Assembly (NCBI RefSeq): GCF_964188315.1
Contig: NC_135667.1
Location: 25,234,001-25,298,000 of the forward strand
Source of the DNA: Podarcis muralis
Lineage: Eukaryota
DNA: 64,000 nucleotides
Direction: 5' to 3'
Below are positions 37,530 through 48,644 of the stretch, one piece after another. Under the pieces are notes generated by a model. That model was not told the DNA's origin, did no database searches, and worked only from the letters and a program-made list of their open reading frames with translations. The first letter of the stretch is position 1. Each line of letters opens with the position of its first letter. The translations under genes and the position numbers were made by a program.

Positions 37530-37886
37530 AGCAACTTCATATTTGGAGGTGTCTATGCATACCATTTTTACTAGTGGAGGGACAGTGTACCTCTTGAGTT
37601 GTGTGAAAACTACTCTGAAGGAATATTTACAGCCAGAGAAGGCAGTCTCTGATCTGGGAGTTAGATTGAAAGATAAAGGTTATTGTCTTTAAGAGTATAC
37701 AGAAACACGAGAACTGGAAAGCTGAATTTTAGTGTAGGAGTGGTGGAGTTGTGAGGGAATGCTCTGTCTACTTAAACCTCAGTCCAGTAGGAAGAGGATG
37801 TGTCTTCTAGTGAGAGAAGAATAATCCTAAACTAGTTAGAAGGGGAATGAGTGCTGATTCCCTGGTCTGATATTCTAAGTCTACTA

Positions 37887-38266
37887 GGTAAAAGGTAAAG
37901 GACCCCTGGATAGTTAAGTCCAGTCAAAGGTGACTAGGGGGCACATGCTCATCTCACTTTTCAGGCCGAGGGTGTCATCGTTTATCCACAGACAGCATTA
38001 TAGGTCATGTGGCCAGCATGACTAAACCGTTTCTGCTGCAACAGAACACTGTCATGAGTGCCAGAGCACATGGAAACACAATTTACCTTCCTGCTGCAGC
38101 GGTACCTATTTATCTACTTGCACTGGTACGCTCTCACACTGCTAGGTAGCAGAAGCTGGGACAGAGCAACGGGAGCTTACCCTGTTATGCAGGTTTAAAT
38201 CACAGAATCTCCGATTGACAAGCTCAGGAGGCTCAGTGGTTTAGACCACAGCACCACCCATGTGCC
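37887..38266 (-). mobile_element. Sauria-type SINE (duplicate of 31556-31938)
   Basis: Same position and sequence context as in unit 1. Confidence 0.85.
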
Positions 38267-38906
38267 TAGCCACTAAGACTTCTAGAGATTTCTAAAGTTT
38301 GGGAAGGATAATTGGCAGAACTCACCTGACAGAAAGGACCAACCTGTCTCAGAATCCCCAGTTATTGAAACCTAAACTGTACCATGTCTGTGATAAGTTT
38401 AAGTACCTGAATAAAATCAAAGCTGTACACTAACCAACTTATTGAAAAGCCTGTGACATCTGATGAGTTCAGTGTGTGTATAGTTTGCTGTTTCTTTGAA
38501 GATTTCCAACTCCCATATTATTTCTGTTTATTATTCTTGTTGTGAATTAAATCGCTTTTCTGTTTAAATTCCATACAGTAAGTCTCCGAGTATGAGTTTC
38601 TTTAAAGAGGAAAAATACAGTATACAAGTAGAAGTAAACTAATCATGCTGTAGAGGTTCCTGTATAGCATACAGTATAAGAAATCTAATCATCAAATAAG
38701 GTACAGATTTATGGTTAAATCAAAGAATCACTCCAAAATTATCACTGAGGTACAGGCAATATAGGTTACTGGGTTGGAATCAGGTTCATTTCTGTAATAA
38801 CTGTTATAAATTAGACCATAACAATATACTTACAGCCATTTAATAAAAAATGATATGTCCTGTTTTTATTTATTTTTCTTGTTGCCATACTCCATGCTTC
38901 AGATTT

Positions 38907-39860
38907 TCAACTTGTTGGGTTCTGTACAGAGAACAACCGTGAAACTGTCTTCTTAAATGCTCCCTTCACTTCTTTATTTCTTAGGGTATATATTATGGGG
39001 TTCAAAAATGGACTGACAACTGTGTACATAAGAGAAATTATTTGGTCGCTCCGCGGAGTGTAGCTGGACTTGGGAATTAAGTAGGTGAAGAGGGTTGTCC
39101 CAAAAAATAGTGTCACCACCATGAGGTGTGAGGAGCAAGTGGAGAAGGCTTTTCTCCTTCCCTTAGCAGAAGGAAGTTTGAGGATGGTTGAAATTATACA
39201 GATGTAGGAGAGGATGATCAGCAGGAAAGGACTCATGATGAAAATAATAGACACTGCCATGACAAGAATCTCATTTTTGTAGGTATCTGTGCATGCCATT
39301 TTCATCACTGGTAGGAAATCACAAAAGAAGTGCTGGATGTGTTTAGAACCACAGAAGGGTAAGCTGAAGATCCATGCTGTTTGAGCAACTTGTACCAATA
39401 AGCAAATAATCCACGCTGCGGCTGCCAGCTGTGTACAGACTTGGTGATTCATGATTTCTGTGTAGTGCAATGGGTGGCATATGGCAACATAGCGATCATA
39501 GGCCATAGCTGCCAAGAGGCAACATTCTGTCAGCCCCAGCATGGCGAAGGCATACATCTGGGCTGCACATCTTGCTAGGGATATGCTTTTATGCTCTGTT
39601 AACAAATGTACCAGCATCTGGGGCACCACACTAGTGGTGTAACACATTTCTAAGAATGATAGGTTTACCAAAAAGAAGTACATGGGAGTCTGAAGTGAAG
39701 GGTTGAGTTTTATGAGCAGAATAATGAGCATGTTTCCCAGCAAGGTGATTATGTATGTCACCAGAAAAACAAGAAACAGCAAGATTTGCAGTTCAGCAAG
39801 ATATGAAAACCCCTCCAGAATGAACTCATTCAGATTGGTCTCGTTCTCACCTAGTTCCAT
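38907..39860 (-). CDS. Olfactory receptor, OR10-like array member 3, intact (317 aa)
   Basis: All canonical OR motifs present; direct duplicate of 32575-33531. Confidence 0.96.
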   Translation of the reverse strand: MELGENETNLNEFILEGFSYLAELQILLFLVFLVTYIITLLGNMLIILLIKLNPSLQTPMYFFLVNLSFLEMCYTTSVVPQMLVHLLTEHKSISLARCAAQMYAFAMLGLTECCLLAAMAYDRYVAICHPLHYTEIMNHQVCTQLAAAAWIICLLVQVAQTAWIFSLPFCGSKHIQHFFCDFLPVMKMACTDTYKNEILVMAVSIIFIMSPFLLIILSYICIISTILKLPSAKGRRKAFSTCSSHLMVVTLFFGTTLFTYLIPKSSYTPRSDQIISLMYTVVSPFLNPIIYTLRNKEVKGAFKKTVSRLFSVQNPTS

Positions 39861-40980
39861 AGAATGCTTAACCTGTATGGAAAAGGAAAAGATATATACA
39901 GATCATGTATTAAATCAGGTAATTATAGTAGAGCTATCTGGAGAATACAAAAGGCCCATCTAGTGCATAATCCTAATTTCACTGTGGCAAAACAGAAGCC
40001 TACGAGAAGCCTTCAAACAGGACAATAATGCAATAGCTCTCTTCCCAATAGGATTACTGTCTGTGACAATGGAAGTAAGATAAAGCCATTATGACTAGCA
40101 GCCATTGAAACTTTCTCGTGTGTAATTAGGATAATCTTACTGGAGGCAAAAAAGTTCCCAAATTTTCCTTAATTCTAAATTGGAATTCTAAATTCACTGG
40201 TTTTCTCCCTGGAAATAAAACCAATACATTCAAGAATTCTCCCATAGTTCCCTTCATATTTCTCAATCTTTCAATGAGCACAGTGTAGACACAATTTTGT
40301 TCCATTTTCAGCTTCCTCATATATCCCCGCTCTCTCCAAGTGCATGCACATTGCTAGTGTACAGATGTACATGTTGAGAAAAAAGTGCGAGAAAGAAGCA
40401 GTGTTATGCTTTTTTGGTGTTGACCAAAAACTGTCATCAATGATGCAGCTCTTTAAATATTAACAAATCTATCGTTACATAGTTCTTCATGGTCAATAAT
40501 CCACCATGCTTCTGATGACTTGTATGAATTCCTTAAAAAAGCATAAAAGAGTAAACTTGATCCAGTTGTACATGCATTTGGATTACAGTTATCACCAGTT
40601 GTGTTTTATCACTGTACAGAGCCGCTTTATATCTCAGCAAAGCACAACACTTTTAAGAAAGCTGTCACATGTTCAATACCATCACATTGCTATTATTGAT
40701 GCTGCCAGAACTCATTCATGCAGATTATTTTTAGAGTAACAAACTAATTTCTTTGCCCCTTGCATCAAAGCTTTTAAGGCTGGGATGAAGAACCTTTGGT
40801 TTTCCAACTATTAGTGGACTATTTTTCATTTCAGTCAGGGACAATGGAACTCGGATTCCACTAAAACCTGGGGGCCACCCACAGAGCTTCCACCCATGTT
40901 TTTCAGCGTGCTTCTGTATCAGCTCATCTGAACTGTTTGGTGAAGCAGACTTCAAATTGCAATCGTCTATTAGCCATGAA

Positions 40981-41209
40981 CCTGCCAACCTAGCATTTCG
41001 AAAGCACGTCAAAGTGCAGGTAGATAAATAGGTACCGCTCCGGCGGGAAAGTAAAAGGTATTTCCATGTGCTGCTCTGGTTTGCCAGAAGCGGCTTAGTC
41101 ATGCTGGCCATATGACCCAGAAGCTGTACGGCAGCTCCCTCGGCCAATAAAGCGAGATGAGAGCCGCAACCCCAGAGTCGGTCATGACTGGACCTAATGG
41201 TCAGGGGTC
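40981..41209 (+). mobile_element. 5'-truncated Sauria-type SINE (post-duplication)
   Basis: 14-bp TSD CTATTAGCCATGAA (40967-40980 and 41210-41223). Unit 1 has the empty site near 34620. Confidence 0.9.
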
Positions 41210-41602
41210 CTATTAGCCATGAAATGGAAAGCACTCAGGTACAATGGGTTGTACTCAACACTGCTGTTCCACTTGTGCATGGGAACTTAGATTCTCCTTA
41301 AGCACCCACACACCCTCAAAACCTGCTCTAGGAGGTTCAGCGACCTTATGGAGCACACTAGGGGAAGGGGGGGGCATGTGATCAGAAAATGAAACTGAAG
41401 TCCCATTGCTTGAATTCTATGAGCACTGTAACTTTTCTTCACTGTGATCTGTGGCTTTGTAGGTAGAGTAAGGTAAAACACTGAAAAACACACACTAGTT
41501 TGATTTGAATCGTTTATATTCCTTTATTTCTTCGTTTCTTTCATGGCTTGAATTTTCTTGGTTGTAAAATAAAAATGAAGATAGATATATGATAGAGATA
41601 GA

Positions 41603-42115
41603 NNNNNNNNNNNNNNNNNNNNNNNNNNNNNNNNNNNNNNNNNNNNNNNNNNNNNNNNNNNNNNNNNNNNNNNNNNNNNNNNNNNNNNNNNNNNNNNNNN
41701 NNNNNNNNNNNNNNNNNNNNNNNNNNNNNNNNNNNNNNNNNNNNNNNNNNNNNNNNNNNNNNNNNNNNNNNNNNNNNNNNNNNNNNNNNNNNNNNNNNNN
41801 NNNNNNNNNNNNNNNNNNNNNNNNNNNNNNNNNNNNNNNNNNNNNNNNNNNNNNNNNNNNNNNNNNNNNNNNNNNNNNNNNNNNNNNNNNNNNNNNNNNN
41901 NNNNNNNNNNNNNNNNNNNNNNNNNNNNNNNNNNNNNNNNNNNNNNNNNNNNNNNNNNNNNNNNNNNNNNNNNNNNNNNNNNNNNNNNNNNNNNNNNNNN
42001 NNNNNNNNNNNNNNNNNNNNNNNNNNNNNNNNNNNNNNNNNNNNNNNNNNNNNNNNNNNNNNNNNNNNNNNNNNNNNNNNNNNNNNNNNNNNNNNNNNNN
42101 NNNNNNNNNNNNNNN
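41603..42115. other. Assembly gap (513 N)
   Basis: Run of N starting within a GATA microsatellite. Confidence 1.
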
Positions 42116-42368
42116 AGATTCTCCTAACAGTATCTAGCTATAAAAGCATTACAGACAAACATACCAGAATTAAAACACAGTCAGTTGTGATCAAAAGTTC
42201 TTTGACTTAGATGTAACAATCATACGTTACTACCATGAAATCTTACTTTGCAAAAGAAGTAACTGCTGTTTCGTGCATCAGAGCAGTGCTCCATGATGCA
42301 CCAAACAAAGATATTTTCATATAGGTGATCTCATTCTTGATGCAACTGAATTTTGAAGGAATACGTTT

Positions 42369-42398
42369 GGGAATTTTCTGCTAACTAATCCATTGGGG
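42369..42398 (-). promoter_or_regulatory. Putative OR promoter motif
   Basis: GGGAATTTTCTGCTAACTAATCCATTGGGG; duplicate of 35357-35386. Confidence 0.5.
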
Positions 42399-43509
42399 TA
42401 AGAATGGCTAACAAAAAATATATGCATTTAATCCTTGGGTGATGCCAGAAATTACCATTACTTCCAGAAACCTCACATTTTTATAGGAATTGAAAATACT
42501 GCTTTTCAATGCAATCTAAATTTCACCCATCTAATTTCCTGTGGATTCAAACTTCTTTCAGGTTTTTTCTACAACAAAGCAGTTATATAAATTTTATGAA
42601 ATTAATGAATGGATGGATAAAAAAGACTAGGTAGTCATGTTTGATTAGAATAACATGAATGGAGTGGGTCGTGCAGTGCATTGTATGCATACCAACAGCT
42701 GCATCCAGTACACTATACAAGGATTTGAGTTATACACAGTCCTTCATCAGTCTAGATAATAATCTAAGGCAAATGAAGACCAACTTCGAAGGTAGTGGAA
42801 GTTGCGGTTCAGCATGGCTGTAGTTATTTGGGGTGGCCTCCTGGCTCCAGCCTGGCTGTGGAAGGGGCACTGGCTGTTGTGGGGCGCACTGGCTGCTGGA
42901 GCTCACCCACAGTTGTAGCCACAAAATAACACTTGCTGAAACAAAGACAGTTTTCAGTGCCAAAAGCTCATCACTGAAGGAGGGTGTTCGGGGCTGCAGT
43001 GGCACCTAACGTGTGTGGGAGATACTCTCCACCGCCTTCCCCACAGGGGAGAATTTTAGTAAAATCTAAAACGTGGTCATACACACACTTTGTGTGTGTC
43101 AGAACTAGGTCTGTGAATAAATGGATACCTAATATTTATTGAGAAAAGATGTCAACTGTATGACAGCAATAAACCAGAAAACCATTGTTACTGAGTGTGC
43201 TTCACACTTAGCTCTTCAATAACCATGTAAGACACATGTAAAAAGCAGGTTCCTGTACAACAAACAGTCTACAAAAAGAAATAATCAATAATCAAAGCAC
43301 ATGTAGATTTATAGTTAAAGCAAGAATCCCTCCCAAATGATCACTGATATACAGACAGTCCAGGTTGCATTGGGTTGGAATCTGGCTGGCTTCCTGCAAT
43401 AATGCAGCCACGAGCCACATTTGAATGAAATATTTACATCCGCTTAATCAGTAGTTATGTCTTCAGTGTTTACTTTTTCCCTTTTTTCTATGCTCCATTC
43501 TTCAGACAT

Positions 43510-44466
43510 TCAGCTAGTTGGGTTTTGTGGAGAGAAGACCCTTGCAATTGTTTTCTTATATGCTTTCTGCACTTCTTTATTTCTTAGGGTATATATAATG
43601 GGATTTAAAACTGGAGTGACAACTGTGTACATAAGAGCACTCATTTGGTCACTCTGTGAAGTATATTTGGACTTGGGCATTAAGTAGGTGAAGAGGCCTG
43701 ACCCAAAGAATAATGTCACCACCATGAGGTGTGAGGAGCAAGTGGAGAAGGCTTTCCGCCTTTGCTCAGCAGAAGGAAGCTTAAGGATGGTTGAAATTAT
43801 GCGGACGTAGGAGAGGATAATTAGTAGGAAAGGACTCATGATAAAAGTGATGGTCACTGCCATGACTGCAATCTCATTTTTGTATGTGTCTGTGCATGCC
43901 GTTTTCACCACTGGTAGGATATCACAAAAGAAGTGCTGGATGTGTTGAGAGCCACAGAAGGGTAAGCTGAAGATCCATGCTGTTTGAGCAACTTGTACCA
44001 AGAAGCAAATAATCCACGCTGCGGCTGCCAACTTTGTACAGACTTGGTGATTCATGATTACTGTGTAGTGCAATGGGTGGCATATGGCAACATAGCGGTC
44101 ATATGCCATAGCTGCCAGGAGGCAACATTCTGTCAGCCCCAGGATGGTGAAGGCATACATCTGGGCTGCACATCTAGCTTTGGAAATGCTTTTATGTTTT
44201 GTTAACAGATGTGCCAACATCTGGGGCACCACACTAGTGGTGTATCCTATTTCTAAGAAAGATAGGTTTACCAAAAAGAAGTACATGGGAGTTTGAAGGG
44301 AATGGTTGAGTTTCACGAGCAGAATTATGAGCATGTTTCCAACTAAGGCAGTAATGTACATCAGCAGAAAAAACAAAAACAGCAAGATTTGCCATTCAGC
44401 AAGGTATGAAAACCCTACCAGGATGAACTCATTTAGACTGGTCTGGTTCTCAGCTAGCTCTTCCAT
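43510..44466 (-). CDS. Olfactory receptor, OR10-like array member 4, intact (318 aa)
   Basis: All canonical OR motifs present (MAYDRYVAIC, KAFSTCSSHL, PVLNPIIYTLRNKEV). Confidence 0.96.
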   Translation of the reverse strand: MEELAENQTSLNEFILVGFSYLAEWQILLFLFFLLMYITALVGNMLIILLVKLNHSLQTPMYFFLVNLSFLEIGYTTSVVPQMLAHLLTKHKSISKARCAAQMYAFTILGLTECCLLAAMAYDRYVAICHPLHYTVIMNHQVCTKLAAAAWIICFLVQVAQTAWIFSLPFCGSQHIQHFFCDILPVVKTACTDTYKNEIAVMAVTITFIMSPFLLIILSYVRIISTILKLPSAEQRRKAFSTCSSHLMVVTLFFGSGLFTYLMPKSKYTSQSDQMSALMYTVVTPVLNPIIYTLRNKEVQKAYKKTIARVFSPQNPTS

Positions 44467-47226
44467 AGAATGGATATCCTGTATGGAAGAGGAAAAGGCA
44501 CATCTAGATTATTAATTAAATCAGATTATTACACTATTGATACTGGTCTGGCTTGCATGTCACACCAGGCAAAAACATCATTTAGGATACAGGAATTCTA
44601 CAAATCCATAGTTAGTCTGGAGAAAGTTAGGGCATTAGAGTGGATTCAAATCTCATGGCATGGCATGGCATGGCATGGCAGCAAAGTGATCAGAGAAGAA
44701 CAAAGTAGATTAAATTTTCTTCCTGGAAGCCCCCATTCTCATATGTTGATGCTAAATTATGGTTTGCTTAGCCTGGCATGCAGACCAAACTATTATCTTT
44801 CCCACTCCCTCATTTTCAATCTTTCTCAGAACTGTTTTGTTAATGAATGTAATTGCCCCACAAACCTCATACACAAATGCCTTTGAAATTGGATTAAGAA
44901 TTGTCTAAATTATCACATGCTTGAATTCAAAACAGATTTTACAAAATGCTTAGGAATTTAAGAAGTGCCTGCTGAATCAGCCAAAAGAGCTATGTGGTTC
45001 ATCATTCTGTTCTTACACTGGCTTTCTATAAGACCCCCCAGGAGGGTGTGAATACAATAGCACTCATAAATGGGCATTGTTCCCAAATTTTCCTAATTTA
45101 TTCTCAGATTTTGGGATATATTACCTGAAGTAAAATGAATGGATTCAGAATTCTCTCTTGGGTCCTTTTATATTTTACAAGTTTCTACTTTCTAGCACTA
45201 TGTGTGCATAGTTTTATTTCACTTTCAGCTTTCTCATATATCCCCCCCCCCCAATCTTCCACATGTTGATAATGTACAGCTGTACATATTGTGAAAAAGT
45301 GCAGAAAAAGCACTTTCCTGGGTAGATTTTTTGGTGAAGCAAAATAGTGGTTTGGCTTACAGCTCATTAAATACTAGCAAATTTATAACTGCATAAGTTT
45401 TTGTGGTCCACAGTGCATAGTTGAAGGTGTTGACTTGTATGCATTGCTAAAACAGTGTAAAGAAGTAAACTTGATCCAATTGTACATGCAGTTGGATTAA
45501 GATTCTTATAAGTGGAGGACCGCACTGCATTAAAACAACACAATTTTGTCATGTGGTAATATGGTCAATGCAAACACATCATGAATAATGGTGCTGCTGG
45601 AAATCAAAACTAATCAGTTCATGTCAAATATAGTAGGTTTGCAGTTCTCAAATATATAACATGCCCTGATCCAATCATGTGAACTTTAACCCCGAATTAG
45701 GAACTGTCCTGAGATAACCCTGTGAGAGGAAAGGCAGTCTAGAAAACTGCTAAGTAAGAAAATATTTTGTAATTCAAAGCAAATCTGATTATGAGTTAAT
45801 TTTTACTTTCTGTGTTTATATGGCTCTTAGTGAGAGCCATATAATTTACAGAATTATGAGGTGGTCCAATGACTTTTTATCCATTCTCTTATTTGTTTTC
45901 TTTAGCTTTTTCAAAACTAAAATCTCTCTAAGCAGTTAGAAAGCACAGATCCTGCCACACATATTCAAAATGGGGCCATAAATGTCACTGGAAATGGCAT
46001 AATGTGATTTTGTAACAACATCTCCAGGGGCTGTGTGGAATTGAGAGAGACAGAGAGGGGAGAGAGGTCTATCCCTGTTTGATGTTTTGCAGACTACACC
46101 TTCTTTTTCATTGGAAATAATGTGCAAGGAACCCTTTTAAAAAGAAGCAGCTTACTAAAAATTGTTTGGGTAACCTTGTATTACTGCATCCAACTTACTG
46201 AAGGTATTAATGACATTGCAAGCTCATTTGATGGAGTCAGATTGCCAAACAGTAATCAAGAACAGTGGGTAGATGCCAATTAATATGTTGCACTCTTTTC
46301 TTACTCCAGCTTTCAAAGCATCACAACATTCTCCACTGTCTTAAAAACATAATAAATGGGCATAGTCTGTGACAATTCCAGTGTGAGTCAACATAATTGT
46401 CATCTCTTGGACTAATGTGTAGATTTAAATTTGATTATTCATCAGCTCTCACGCTTTCCAAATGTCCCAAATGCAAGTCATCCTCCTTGCAGGTAGAATA
46501 ATTTAAAAAGAGAGACGTCAAGTGGCACCCACGAGTCTGCTTTGAATCATTTGCATTTTATTCATTAATTATGTCTCTTTCCCTTTCTTTTCCTCATTTG
46601 TTTATATCCCTCACCTTTACTTTTCTTGATTATGATTCTAAATGAATCAAAATAAATATACATATGATCCCATTGTTGGGAGTTTGCTAGGAACTGGATC
46701 TAGTTGTCAACATTGCCGTCCTTAATACACACACACCAGAATGGCTGCTTACTGTCTTGTCAGTCAGTGGTGGTTGCAGCCTGATTTGGCACCTCCTTTC
46801 TCCCCCAGGCACGCAGCACCATTTTAGATTGTTTCCCAATCCCCTCCGGCCACTGTGGAGGCTCACGGGTTTCCACCTGTCCTTCAAATAAGGCAATCCA
46901 TGGCAGCCCTGGGGTGGCATGGCCATCTACTTATCCCGGCCAACCACTCAGCACAGCATCCCTTCGGCTGGGAACATCCTTAATACACATACGCACACCT
47001 CAACACCAGAATTAAAACACAGGCAAGCGTATTCATGTTTCATAAGAATTTATGACCTTTGATTTAGATTTAACAATCATACCCCCCACACCCTTAAAAA
47101 CTTACTTTGCAGAATGAGTGCTTGCTCTTTCTTGCTCCAAAACAGTGAAAAATGGAGTTCCAAGCATAGGTCTTTTCATAGATGTGCTCTCACCCTCAAT
47201 ACAGCTCAGGATTGAAGGAAAGTGTT

Positions 47227-47255
47227 GGGAATACCCTGCCAATGAATTCATGGAA
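47227..47255 (-). promoter_or_regulatory. Putative OR promoter motif
   Basis: GGGAATACCCTGCCAATGAATTCATGGAA, with candidate donors (aatcatacc; cttactttgc) about 130 bp toward the gene, as in the paralogs. Confidence 0.5.
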
Positions 47256-47495
47256 GCAACAAAATTCTATGTATTTAATCCACTAAAAAGAAGTGGTGTT
47301 ATCTCTAAAGTTGCAAGGAACATCAAATTATTTACAAAAATCCTATGTTTCCAAAGCCATTTAAAATACAATTTTCCAATGGCTTTTTATATATTTAGCA
47401 TTTCTAAATTCTTTTTGTATACTGCTTTTAGTCTCCCCCTTTTATAATCAGACCATGTGTATGATTTTTATGAAATAAATAATTTATCTTTGTGT

Positions 47496-48644
47496 TGTAG
47501 CACCCTGCTTGTGGTTAACGCTTAGCTGGAATGAAATATTCAACGCAGCAATAGAGAAATTAAAATAATAATTTATTTGTCAGACAAATAAATGAGAGGC
47601 ACAGTGGTATATGGTTACCAAGCTCTGGCCTGGCCTCCTGCCATTCTGGCCAGCACTTATATTCCCTTAATCCAGCCCCCTTTGCTCCTCCTTGGGCTGC
47701 ATCTGTCCAATCAGCCTGGTTGAAATTCCTATTGGCTGCCTGCTATATCCAATCACAAAAGATACACCCATATCCTCCTGTCCTTATAAGGGAGACAAAG
47801 AGCTATATATTGTTACATCTATAAATGACAAATAAGTAATAATATATCTTACATGGAATCTTAATTACCAGCTCACCTCTTGCCCTCTTTGCCCTATTGC
47901 CTTCTAAAACAAATGGTTAATCTTAAATTTTTATCTTAAACATATGTCAAGGATCTTGAATTTCACATCAACATTGAAAGATCTACTTCATTTGAAGGTT
48001 TCTAAACAAATGTCTGACAGCCATATATCAGGACTGCCCAGATGGCGTCTTCCTGTCCGGCAGGGGGCTAGGCTCAATGGCCCCTGTGGTCTATTCCAAC
48101 TCTAGGACTCTATGAAATAAGAATTTAGCATTTCTTTCTTTCTAGATCCTTTGCATAATTACATTTAAGCCAGCATATTTCATACATAACATATATAGCT
48201 TTTTAGAAGGATAAATCTCCTCAAAGTAAAAGGAAGGAACAGTTTACAGCCTCAAAATAAAAGTGAAGAAAAAAGTCTATTCCCCTGTTTACACTCCCCT
48301 CCTTCTCCAGCCAGTTGCTTGTTTTCCGTGTGCCCTTGGCCTTTTGTCCTGTGGCTCAAGTTTAAGAGAGGCCCATGGTATCATTTTACTGTTTACCCAC
48401 TCTTAATTATGTAGGGTCTGTGTAACCTTGGTCTTCAGCCTGTAATTCCAGCTTTTACGATTTTGAGAATTGTTTTCTGCTATAAATCAAGGGGGGCCCC
48501 TTGTCTTAGGAGAATGGCCAAGATTTTCTCTGCCTGGCATGAAACATTTGTGAATTTAAGCCCATTTTAGACTTTATGAACCTGATCAAAATATAAGTCA
48601 ATATAGACCTTGATTAAAAATGCAGTCTATATTCAGATGCCACA
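47496..48644 (-). repeat. ERV 3' LTR (1,149 bp)
   Basis: No mismatch to 52751-53899 found by eye. TATAA at 47657-47661 and AATAAA at 47572-47577 on the - strand; CCAAT boxes; U3 about 1 kb. Confidence 0.97.
47980..48115 (+). mobile_element. CR1 3'-end fragment embedded in LTR U3 (second copy at 53235-53370)
   Basis: Aligns to the CR1 at 22120-22254 (gacaaccatatgtcagga, ttcctg, ggcaggggg, atggccc, gtggtct, ttccaactcta, tctatga), roughly 75% identical by eye. Confidence 0.85.

Larger units (their letters stand above)
35531..37582 (-). pseudogene. OR10-like pseudogene, duplicate copy, split by two insertions
   Basis: Pieces at 35531-35611, 36432-36604 and 37530-37582 match 30739-31100. Confidence 0.85.
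35514..42432. repeat. Tandem segmental duplication, unit 2 (with extra insertions)
   Basis: Collinear with 30722-35420, plus an LTR-like element, an L2 fragment and a SINE that are absent from unit 1. Confidence 0.9.

Noticed and set aside
40731-41234. 167-aa ORF on the - strand
   Set aside because: It runs across a SINE insertion and its TSD; non-coding.
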